Of a stretch of DNA of 48,953 bases, positions 25,160 through 35,109 are shown one piece after another. Both the position numbers and the translations under genes were made by a program. The stretch lies in assembly GCF_030684315.1 (NCBI RefSeq), contig NC_081396.1, positions 4,402,001 through 4,450,953 of the forward strand. The letters run 5' to 3'. The notes below the pieces were generated by a model. That model was given only the letters and a program-made list of their open reading frames with translations. It was not told where the DNA came from and ran no database searches. Numbering within the stretch: the stretch's first letter is position 1; every line of letters begins with the position of its first letter. Source of the stretch: Stegostoma tigrinum. Taxonomy: Eukaryota.

Positions 25160-26975
25160 AACATAGAAACAAATTGTTCCAATTAATTCGTCTGTGTCGA
25201 CCAGAAGTTCGAAATTAATCTGATCTCATTTGCCAGCATTTGGTCCACATCCCTGCAAATCCTTCTAATTCGCATCAGCTTCCTGGTGCTTTTTGTGTAT
25301 TTTAATTGCAACAGCCACGATCACTTCCTCTGGAAGTTCGTTCCATGCAATCAAAATCCTCCCTGCGAAATATTTGCCCCTTATGTCTCTTCCAAATACT
25401 TTGGCTGCCAAATTAAACCGATGCCCACTTCCTTTTCTCTCCCTGACACCGGAAAAAATATACTTCGCATTTTCACCTTATCCATGTTCGTCACGATTTA
25501 ATATGTTTCTACAAGGTCACAACTCAGCCTCCAACACTCCAGGGAAAATAGTGCCAGTCTGTTCGACATCTCACGATCGCTCTGACTCTCGAAACTTGGC
25601 AACAAACTTAGAAATACTCTCCAAAAAAAAAATCAATTCAATGACATCTTTCCTCAGGCATGGAGACAGAAATGAATGCATTTTCCAAAAGTGGCTGAAA
25701 CAATCTCTGGTACAACTACACAACTGTGACATGACATCCCATTTCCCAGCCTCAGTGCACTGACCAGTAAAGGTAAGCACACTAAAAACCTTCCTCACTG
25801 TTCTGTCTTACAAGTTATTCCACTTTTGCCAAAGTACGAATCTGCACTCCAGGTCTGTTTGTTCAGCAACACACCCTCGGATCTTTCGTAGATGAATTCC
25901 ACCCAAGAATGACCTATCAAAACGCAGCACCGCACATATATCGAAATTTGCTCAATCTGTCACTTGTTGGCCTTTTTGTCTCATTTGAACATGATTTGGT
26001 CTTTCTCTGGGGAAACGTTTTGGCTGTCCATTTCATGATGAATTTTGGTGTCTCCAGATACTTACTGAAATTATACCAGCTGTATTCACGTTAAAATCCT
26101 TTATGTAAATGACGAAAAAGTCAATAGATCCAGCACCAATCCCCGTGGCACACCACTGATTAGAAGCCTCCATTCTGAAAAGCAACACTCCATTACCATC
26201 CACACACTCCTATCTTCCAGCCACTTCCAGTTAGTTTACCCTCTGTTCCGTGAGCTCTAAATTAGTTAACTAATCTACCATGCAAAACCTTGTCAAAAGC
26301 CTTACTACCATGGTTTGGTTTGTTCAATACTCTTCCGCACATCTTCAAAACTTTCAATCAATTTAATGAGAAACGAACTCCCATTTACTAAGCTGCATTT
26401 ACAATTCAAGTCAATTCCTGCATTTCGAAAACCATGTAAATCATTTCATTCAGAATGCCCTCCGAAACCTTGCACACTTCTGATTTCAATCTCACCGGCC
26501 TATGGAACTTTCACTTTTCCAGGCCATTTTTCTTAAATAGTGTCATCACGGTAGCCAACCTCCAGTCTTCTGCCTCCTTGGCTGCAGTTATTGATGATGT
26601 AACTATCTCCACAAGGGGCCCAGCAATCACTTCGCCAGCTAACAATAATTTCGAGGCCAAACCCGATGGACTCCAGGAGGCGAATCCAAATTAAAGTTTC
26701 TTAAGAAGTGCATCACCTCCTCTGTTGCATGGACATTGTTCAAGCTATGACTATTAATTTCCGAAAGATCCTGAGCTGATATAACCTTCTCCAATGTATG
26801 CACTGAAGCAAAATCCTCGTTTAGTGTTTGATCCATCACCTGCTGTGTCACGTGTAGATGGTCTTGCTGACCTTTATGGGGACGTCTTCTCTCTCTTGTT
26901 ACTCTTTTGACTTTAGTACATTTGTAAAATAACATTGTCTTATCCGTAATTGCATTTGCCAAAGTTGTTTCATGT
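25160..26975 (-). mobile_element. Decayed CR1 ORF2 3' half
   Basis: ORF 26639-26962 (MANAITDK..FYK..LNEDFASV) through RT remnants to a 3' end near 25160. Confidence 0.85.
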
Positions 26976-27223
26976 TCTGGGAGTGGAGGGTTTATGGAAT
27001 GGGCTGAATAGACTGATGTTTCTTAGACATTGATCAGAGACGTTTGAGAAATGATCTGATGGAAGCTTTGTTTTTAAATCATGACAGATATAGATAAAGT
27101 GAATAGCAGGAATTTTTCCCTGTGGTAAGGGTGTTTCATAACAAGTGGTATAGTTTTAATGTGAGAGGAGACAGACTTAGGAATGGCAGGAATGATTTTA
27201 TTATATCTAGATTGAAGTGGGGT

Positions 27224-28158
27224 ATGGATGCTAGGGCAGTTGCTTGCTCCTCCTGCAGAATGTGGCAGTTGGGAGATGTGGCACACGTCTCCGCTGGCTA
27301 CATCTGCGGGAAGTGCACCCAGCTACAGCTCCTTGAAAACCGTGTTAGGGAAATGGAGCTGGAGCTGGATGAACTACGGATCATTCGGGAGGCAGAGGGG
27401 GTAATTGAGAGGAGTTATCGGGAGTTGGTCACTCCTAAGGCTCAGGACGATTATAGATGGGTTACAGTTAGGGGGAGGAAAGGGGGCAGACAGACAGTGC
27501 AGAGATCCCCTGTGGGCATTCCCCTCAGCAATAAGTATAACGTATTGGATACTGCTGGGGGGATGACCTACCAGAAGAAAGCCATAGTAGTCAGTTCTCT
27601 GGCACTGAGCCTGACACTGTGGCAAAGAAGGGAAGGGGGCAGAATAGAAAAGTACTCGTGGTAGGGGACTCGATAGTTAGGGGAATCGACAGGAGATTTT
27701 GTGGGCAAGATCGGGATTCCTGGAAGGTATGTTGCCTCCCTGGCGCCAGGGTCCGGGACGTCTCCGATCGGGTGTATAAAGTTCTAAAAGGGGAGGGCGA
27801 ACAGCCAGAAATCGTGTTACATATTGGCACAAATGATATAGCCAGAAATAGGTTTGAGGATATAAAAAGTGATTTCAGGGAGATAGGATGGAAGCTGCAG
27901 AGCAGGACGAACAGAGTAGTGTTCTCTGGCTTACTACCGGTGCCACGAGATAGCGAGGTGAGGAACAGGGAGCGGGCGAGGCTGAACACGTGGCTACGCA
28001 GCTGGTGGAGGAGGGAGGGCTTCAGATATGTTGATAATTGGGATGCCTTCTGGGGAAGGTGGGACCTGTACAAGATGGACGGGTTGCATCTGAACTGGAA
28101 GGGGACCAATGTCCTGGGTGGAAGGTTTGCTCGAGTAGTTCGAGAGGGTTTAAACTAG
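27224..28158 (+). pseudogene. CR1 ORF1: zinc finger/leucine zipper + SGNH esterase-like domain, 1-nt frameshift
   Basis: MDARAVACSSC..YICGKC..LQLLENRVREMELEL. SGNH blocks GDS, PGA, HIGTND, DGLH. One extra G in the G6 run at 27557-27562 would join the two ORFs (AGGDDLPEES..VAKK). Confidence 0.92.
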
Positions 28159-31046
28159 TATGGCAGGGGGGTGGGAACCTGAGCTGTATACCAGAGGTGA
28201 GCGTTGATGCAGGTGAGGCAGTAGCAAGAGGTAGACCAGCTAGTGGGAAGGATTTTCCTGGGAAGGAACCAAGGGATCGGTTAAAGTGTGTTTGCTTTAA
28301 TGCAAGGAGTATCAGGAATAAAAGTGATGAACTTAGAGCATGGATCAGTACCTGGTGCCATGATGTTGTGGCCATAACAGAGACATGGGTTTCTCATGGG
28401 CAGGAATGGTTGCTGGATGTTCCAGGGTTTAGAACATTTAAAAAGAATAGGGAGGGGGGTAAAAGAGGAGGGGGTGTAGCGCTACTAATCAGAGAGGGTA
28501 TCACAGCTACAGAAGCTTCCATTGTCGAGGAAGATCCGCCTACTGAGTCAGTATGGGTGGAAATTAGGAACAGCAAGGGAGTAGTCACCTCGTTAGGGGT
28601 TTACTACAGGCCCCCCAATAGCAGCAGGGAGATTGAAGAAAGCATAGGTCGACAGATTTTGGAAAAGTGTGCACGCAGTAGGGTTGTTGTAATGGGTGAC
28701 TTTAACTTTCCTAATATTGATTGGAACCTCCTTCGAGCAGAAGATTTGAATGGAGCTGTTTTTGGAAGGTGTGTTCAGGAGGTTTTCCTAACGCAGTACG
28801 TTGACAGGCCGACGAGTGGAGAGGCCATTCTAGGCTTGGTGCTCGGAAACAAGCCGGGGCAGGTATCAGATCTTGTGGTGGGAGAGCATTTTGGTGATAG
28901 TGACCATAACTGCCTCACATTCTACATAGCTATGGAGAAGGAGAGGATTAGGCAGAATGGGAGGATATTTAATTGGGGAAGAGGAAACTATGATGCGATT
29001 AGACATGAGTTAGGAAGCATGGACTGGGAGCAGTTGTTCCATGGTAAGGGAACTATGGACATGTGGGGACTGTTTAAGGAACAGTTGTTGGGAGTGATGA
29101 GTAAATATGTCCCTCTGAGACAGGCAAGAAGGGATAAGATTAAGGAACCTTGGATGACGAGAGCGGTGGAGCTTCTAGTGAAAAGGAAGAAGGTAGCTTA
29201 CATAAGGTGGAGGAAGCTTGGGTCAAGTTCAGCTAGAGAGGATTACATGCAGGCAAGGAAGGAGCTCAAAAATGGTCTGAGGAGAGCCAGGAGGGGGCAC
29301 GAGAAAGGCTTGGCAGAAGGAATCCGGGAAAACACAAAGGCATTTTACACTTACGTGAGGAATAAGAGAATGGTCAAAGAAAGAGTAGGGCCGATCAGGG
29401 ATGGCATAGGGAACTTGTGTATGGAGCCTGAGGAGGTAGGGGAAGCCCCAAATGAGTTTTTTGCTTCTGTCTTTAAGAAAGAAACCAACTTTGTAGTGAA
29501 TGAAACCTTTGAAGAGCAGGTGTGCATGCTGGAATGGATAGAGATAGACGAAGCTGATGTGATGAAAATTTTGTCAAACATTAAGATTGACAAGTCGCCA
29601 GGCCCGGATCAGATTTGTCCTCGGCTGCTTTGGGAAGCGAGAAATGCAATTGCTTCGCCACTTGCGAAGATCTTTGCATCCTCGCTCTCCACTGGAGTCG
29701 TACCTGAGGACTGGAGAGAGGCAAATGTAATTCCTCTCTTCAAGAAAGGAAATAGGGAAATCCCCGGCAATTATAGACCGGTGAGTCTCACGTCTGTCGT
29801 CTGCAAGGTGTTAGAAAGGATTCTGAGGGATAAGATTTATGACCATCGGGAAGAGCATGGCTTGATCAAATACAGTCAACACGGCTTTGTGAGGGGTAGG
29901 TCATGCCTGACAAACCTTATCGAGTTTTTTGAGGATGTGACTAGAAACGTTGATGAAGGTCGAGCTGTGGATGTGGTGTATATGGACTTCAGTAAGGCAT
30001 TTGATAAGGTTCCCCATGGTAGGCTCATTCAGAAGGTCAGGAGGAATGGGATACAGGGGAACTTAGCTGCTTGGATACAGAATTGGCTGGCCAACAGAAG
30101 ACAGCGAGTGGTAGTAGAAGGAAAATATTCTGCCTGGAAGTCAGTGGTGAGTGGAGTTCCACAGGGCTCTGTCCTTGGGCCTCTAGTGTTTGTAATTTTT
30201 ATCAATGACTTGGACGAGGGAATTGAAGGATGGGTCAGCAAGTTTGCAGACGACACAAAGGTCGGAGGTGTCGTTGACAGTGTAGAGGGCTGTTGTAGGC
30301 TGCAGCGGGACATTGACAGGATGCAGAGATGGGCTGAGAGGTGGCAGATGGAGTTCAACCTGGATAAATGCGAGGTGATGCATTTTGGAAGGTCGAATTT
30401 GAAAGCTGAGTACAGGATTAAGGATAGGATTCTTGGCAGCATGGAGGAACAGAGGGATCTTGGTGTGCAGATACATAGATCCCTTAAAATGGCCACCCAA
30501 GTGGACAGGGTTGTTAAGAAAGCATATGGTGTTTTGGCTTTCATTAACAGGGGGATTGAGTTTAAGAGTCGTGAGATCTTGTTGCAGCTCTATAAAACTT
30601 TGGTTAGACCGCACTTGGAATACTGCGTCCAGTTCTGGGCGCCCTATTATAGGAAAGATGTGGATGCTTTGGAGAGGGTTCACAGGAGGTTCACCAGGAT
30701 GCTGCCTGGACTGGAGGGCTTATCTTATGAAGAGAGGTTGACTGAGCTCGGTCTCTTTTCATTGGAGAAAAGGAGGAGGAGAGGGGACCTAATTGAGGTA
30801 TACAAGATAATGAGAGGCATAGATAGAGTTGATAGCCAGAGACTATTTCCCAGGGCAGAAATGGCTAGCACGAGGGGTCATAGTTTTAAGCTGGTTGGTG
30901 GAAAGTATAGAGGGGATGTCAGAGGCAGGTTCTTTACGCAGAGAGTTGAGAGAGCATGGAATGCGTTGCCAGCAGCAGTTGTGGAAGCAAGGTCATTGGG
31001 ATCATTTAAGAGACTGCTGGACATGTATATGGTCACAGAAATTTGA
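28038..31046 (+). CDS. CR1 ORF2: APE-type endonuclease + reverse transcriptase (true start uncertain)
   Basis: 1002 open codons. NARS, ITETW, YYRPP, MGDFN, SDH endonuclease motifs. NYRPVSL, DFSKAFDKV, GVPQGSVLGP, FADD (~30243) RT motifs. Confidence 0.97.
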   Translation: MGCLLGKVGPVQDGRVASELEGDQCPGWKVCSSSSRGFKLVWQGGGNLSCIPEVSVDAGEAVARGRPASGKDFPGKEPRDRLKCVCFNARSIRNKSDELRAWISTWCHDVVAITETWVSHGQEWLLDVPGFRTFKKNREGGKRGGGVALLIREGITATEASIVEEDPPTESVWVEIRNSKGVVTSLGVYYRPPNSSREIEESIGRQILEKCARSRVVVMGDFNFPNIDWNLLRAEDLNGAVFGRCVQEVFLTQYVDRPTSGEAILGLVLGNKPGQVSDLVVGEHFGDSDHNCLTFYIAMEKERIRQNGRIFNWGRGNYDAIRHELGSMDWEQLFHGKGTMDMWGLFKEQLLGVMSKYVPLRQARRDKIKEPWMTRAVELLVKRKKVAYIRWRKLGSSSAREDYMQARKELKNGLRRARRGHEKGLAEGIRENTKAFYTYVRNKRMVKERVGPIRDGIGNLCMEPEEVGEAPNEFFASVFKKETNFVVNETFEEQVCMLEWIEIDEADVMKILSNIKIDKSPGPDQICPRLLWEARNAIASPLAKIFASSLSTGVVPEDWREANVIPLFKKGNREIPGNYRPVSLTSVVCKVLERILRDKIYDHREEHGLIKYSQHGFVRGRSCLTNLIEFFEDVTRNVDEGRAVDVVYMDFSKAFDKVPHGRLIQKVRRNGIQGNLAAWIQNWLANRRQRVVVEGKYSAWKSVVSGVPQGSVLGPLVFVIFINDLDEGIEGWVSKFADDTKVGGVVDSVEGCCRLQRDIDRMQRWAERWQMEFNLDKCEVMHFGRSNLKAEYRIKDRILGSMEEQRDLGVQIHRSLKMATQVDRVVKKAYGVLAFINRGIEFKSREILLQLYKTLVRPHLEYCVQFWAPYYRKDVDALERVHRRFTRMLPGLEGLSYEERLTELGLFSLEKRRRRGDLIEVYKIMRGIDRVDSQRLFPRAEMASTRGHSFKLVGGKYRGDVRGRFFTQRVERAWNALPAAVVEARSLGSFKRLLDMYMVTEI

Positions 31047-31329
31047 GGGTGCTTACATGAGGATCAATGGTCGGCACAACATTGTGGGCTGAAGGGCCTG
31101 TTCTGTGCTGTACTGTTCTATGTTCTATGTTCTATGATTCATTTTTTGAATGAAGTTCCAGAAGAAGTTGTCGACATGAGCACATTTACTGCATTCAGAA
31201 ATAGCACTTGGATTAACGGGAGTAATAATGGTTTGGAGGGATAAGGCTCAAATACAGGCACGGGTGACTGGTTCAGTTTGCGATTATGGTCGGCATCGAT
31301 TCGTTTCTCTCCTTGGTGTATGACAATGG

Positions 31330-31900
31330 AATTCTGTCAGTGTCGGTTGGGGTTAAATTTATAAAATGTGAACTGATGCATTTTAGTCAGACACAGAAGG
31401 TTAGCGTTCATATATATAATGGAAGAGCCCTCATGAGTGTTGCGAAACAAAGAGACCTGGAGTGCAGGCGCACAGTTCCTTTAAAGTCATTGGAATCATT
31501 GGAATACAGTATATTGAATAGTGATATTTTGAAGCAGGCGTTGTTTTTCGGGTATTTGATAGTTTAAATGCTGAAGAGATTTCACATGGGGCAGATACCA
31601 CGAGCAAAGTTAATATTCTGTGAACTGAAGATCAACATTTTAAGGCAGAAGAGAAATTCTTCTCACAGAATGCAGTGAACATGTCGAATTCTTTGCCACA
31701 TAAAATTTTCGAGATTGGTTCCTGAAGTATTTTCATGGGTGCAGTGGAGAGATTTTGTTTTTATTTAGAAAGAATCAATGCTCCTGAGAATAAGATTGAC
31801 AAATGGAATTGAGGGTTATCAATTCGACTATTATGTCATTGAATGGAAGAAGGATTTCAATCGGCAGAGTGCTCCCTTCAATTTCCTGATCTTTTTGACA
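31330..31900 (+). mobile_element. Decayed, internally deleted CR1 3' part
   Basis: KCELMHF..YNGRALMSVAKQRDL, then a 3' end equivalent to 16240-16560. Confidence 0.7.
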
Positions 31901-32387
31901 TTAATGTTGACGTCTGCTTTAAATTACTTACTTCATAATTATTGCAAGCCACGTTAACGCTTCCCCTCAATTGCATGTTTTCCAAGAACAGCACAGGCAC
32001 TTCAATTTCTCCTCCTCGTTAACAAAAAAGGCAAGTCATCACACCATTATTCATAGATCTCCCCTTCAAAACAGATTAAAACGACATTTCACCCACTGTA
32101 CCAAACACACCATTGTCATGGTAACTGTGGAATTTGCACGCGTAACCCTTATCACATATTTTCTACCTCTACACACACAACATAAATCTGGATCTCAACA
32201 TTTCAATGCAGGAATTCGTTCCCATTTTATTCTGGAATTAGTATCTTCTTAATTACAAAAGTAATAGTGGGAGATAAAGACCCCTTGCACGATTGAATCG
32301 GACAGTTAGAGACGTTTCAAAGCTCACACTATTTTCAGAATAAAACTCCCACGACATTATTCTAACCAAAACAATATTGTCAAATGC

Positions 32388-32612
32388 AGAGATAGTTGGA
32401 AGTACAGATGCTGGAGTGCCTAAGATAACAAAATGTAGAGCTGGATCAACATCGCATGCCAAGCAACATCAAAGGAGCAGGAAAGCACACATTTCGTCCG
32501 TAGACCCTTCCTCAGAAAATTTATAAGGGTCTAGGCCAGAATCATTAGCGTTGCTTTTCCTGCGATGCTCCTTGGCCTGCTGTGTTTATCCAGCTCGACA
32601 CCTCGTCATGTC
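32388..32612. mobile_element. Foldback (inverted) Penelope-type terminal-repeat relic inserted in P5
   Basis: Arms gagctggat..gccaag..tagaccctt / aagggtcta..cttggc..atccagctc. The minus strand has CTGAGGA..GAAA. tcaaat appears on both flanks. Confidence 0.65.
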
Positions 32613-33090
32613 AAATACAGCAGGTTGAAGATGCTGAAGTGGTCTGCATTCAAGTTTCCCTGAAAATGTTCGCACTTTCAGCACATGTACAATGTCGAAG
32701 CAGAGAAAATCTCCCTCGTCACTTTCATCCACAAGACTCCATTAGCTGTGCATTAAAGATTAATCATACACTGAATGTGCATTGCACGGTGCAATCAAAC
32801 TTTTTCAGCCATGAGCACTACTGGTAACATACAATGAATATCCCATTGAAAACAATAGCAGTAAATCCTCACAGCGATGATACAAGACAATGTTCATGCT
32901 GTTTCAAGATTCTTCCATCAGTTCCCATCAAGCACTTCTCGATCACTGAATACTTAAAAATAAATTTTCAAGAAAACTTTACTCTCCGGGTTCAAGTGCC
33001 TCTAGAAAGAAACACATTCGTTGGACAAAAGGCGATGTTATTCAGACGTTGGCCTCAAGTGATGGAGGAAAAGTTTTTCCGCTGGACGGA

Positions 33091-33270
33091 NNNNNNNNNN
33101 NNNNNNNNNNNNNNNNNNNNNNNNNNNNNNNNNNNNNNNNNNNNNNNNNNNNNNNNNNNNNNNNNNNNNNNNNNNNNNNNNNNNNNNNNNNNNNNNNNNN
33201 NNNNNNNNNNNNNNNNNNNNNNNNNNNNNNNNNNNNNNNNNNNNNNNNNNNNNNNNNNNNNNNNNNNNNN
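33091..33270. other. Assembly gap (180 N)
   Basis: Run of N. Confidence 1.
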
Positions 33271-35109
33271 GAATGATAAAGAGACAGAAAAAGAAATCTT
33301 GGCTGTGTCAATGTACCTCGCAAGTATGTTTTCTATTCATAATAACTGAAATCACTCTGGTTCTGTAAATTTAAATCTTCACATTTGAAAAGGCCTCACA
33401 TCAATGACAATTGGAATCCATTCAGTCATTTATATTTTTGGCGCTATATTTCTGCTGTGTCTGTGGGCGAAAATAAATTGCATTTTTGCTGTTCTATAAT
33501 CTATTCTGAGAGATCTATTTCTGTGCTTATTTGCATAAATGCTCAGTTGGTTTCAAAGGAGAGTTGATGGTGACAAAGCCAGATGGCCGAAGTTATTTAT
33601 TGATTCGTTTCAAATCAAAACAAGTTTATTTTAAGAATGTTAACAGTTCGCAGAAATGAATACCAATGTTCTGAAAATCACATGCAACAGAGGTTACTTA
33701 TTTCCAAAATATACTTAAAAATTTAATGTTTAATTTTGGTTATGAATTAGTTCATGGAAATTCTGCAGTCACTGTAAATGACACATTTCTCTACAACTAG
33801 ATTTAGTCAAAACGTCTAATTGGTTTATATGTTAACCCATTTTGACAAGAACATATCTAAGAGCTCAACACAGCTCAAAATGCATTTTTGCATTTTCAAA
33901 AAAAAACTTGAAACGGACATCAGGAACTGCCACAGCAATTTAAGTTCATTGTTATAGTTTCGTGAGTTTTAGTTACACTTATATCTTATTTTGTTCATTC
34001 ATGGAATGTCGATGTTACTGGCTCGGGCAGCAATGAGTCACTGTCCCAAGTCGCCCATTCAGTAGGTAGCCAGTGCTACTCCAGAAGGCAGTCAATTACA
34101 ATACATTGCGTAGGGAGTCACATGAAGTTCAGAAAAAGGAGAGCACACAGATTTCCTTTCCGAATGGACATGAACAAACCCTTGCTTTTGGATTTTCGAT
34201 TGATTCTCGTCACACTGTCATTATGAGGCTTGCTTTTACCATTCCAGGTTTTCTTTGAATTAAGATTTCAATCACAACAAAAAGTGGGATTCAATATCCA
34301 GTCAATTAAGCATCACGCTGGATTTTAGAATTATTGGGTCAGTGAAGTTACCACAGCGCTCTTGATGGCAAAAATGTCGTTGACATGCACAGAAAGCTGC
34401 CACAAACATAAGAGAAATAAATCTGACATTTTAAGTCTGAAGTAAATAATGGAATGGAACACATCATAAAATTCTTTCGTGTTTACACGATCACAGCTTA
34501 TGTTGCATTCAATAATCGACCTAAAATCTATTTATGATTCTCTCTCTGCAGAACCTGAATTACCAACAGCGTGTTTCCAACATTCCTATTCTGAATTTAT
34601 TTCAAATTTCTATTCTCCAACAAACTTCGCACTTTATGAATTCTTGCCTTAAATATGAACATGTTAATCACATATCACAAGAATGTGGTCATCGCTGACC
34701 GTTTTGCGATGCTGCTGTCTGGCAAGGCTAATTTTGACAGATCGTTCTGCAGAAGTTTTAATACAAATGATTGTCTTGATGTTCAGGTTCAAAATTCTAA
34801 AGGAACAGTCACGGTATTGTGGAACAAGTAGGCCAGGCCAGATAGAAAGGACGGAATATCTCTTCTGAAGGCGAGTACAGAACCATAATGGCTTTCCCAA
34901 ATCTTTGGTAAGTTTGTGATTATCGCAGATTCAGCGAATATTTTTGTTTCAATTCCATGAACGAATTGAAGCTACCATGGCAGAAATTGAAATCCCACCT
35001 CTGGGAATTAAAATAAGCTTTTGAATGCCAATCAAATGCTCACAATGCCTCCTTAACCACGTTATCATTCTGTCAAGTTCGCTTCAAGGATCTTTAATGA
35101 AGTTGACTG

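Larger units (their letters stand above)
27200..31136 (+). mobile_element. Young coding-complete CR1 LINE (ORF1 + ORF2 + 3' UTR), 5' UTR mostly missing
   Basis: ORF1 and ORF2 as listed. ~90-bp 3' UTR ending in (TGTTCTA)n at 31114-31136. Confidence 0.98.
26975..31320 (+). mobile_element. Old CR1 3' end (26975-27195 + 31137-31320) split by the young CR1
   Basis: YSFNVRGDRLRNG before the insertion continues as gaatgaagttccagaagaagttg after it. The uninterrupted paralogue lies at 14920-15340. Confidence 0.8.
32235..33497 (+). pseudogene. Decayed multi-Ig + TM receptor paralogue P5 (unit B)
   Basis: One frame with a single stop over 32612-33090: QVEDAEVVC (32621-32647), HTLNVHC-x12-W (C 32783, W 32822), DDTRQCSC (32876-32899; DxGxYxC with two point changes), FVGQKAML..FFRW. 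After the gap: EILAVSMYLA|gtatgt (33323) and hydrophobic IHSVIYIFGAIFLLCLWAK (~33416-33472). Confidence 0.58.

Noticed and set aside
27591-30741. Antisense and alternative-frame ORFs in CR1 copies (also 6316-6901, 18764-19235)
   Set aside because: Shadows of LINE coding sequence that recur only because the element recurs.
33529-33536. Perfect octamer ATTTGCAT
   Set aside because: Expected by chance in 49 kb, not conserved in unit A (ATTTACAT), and located downstream of P5.
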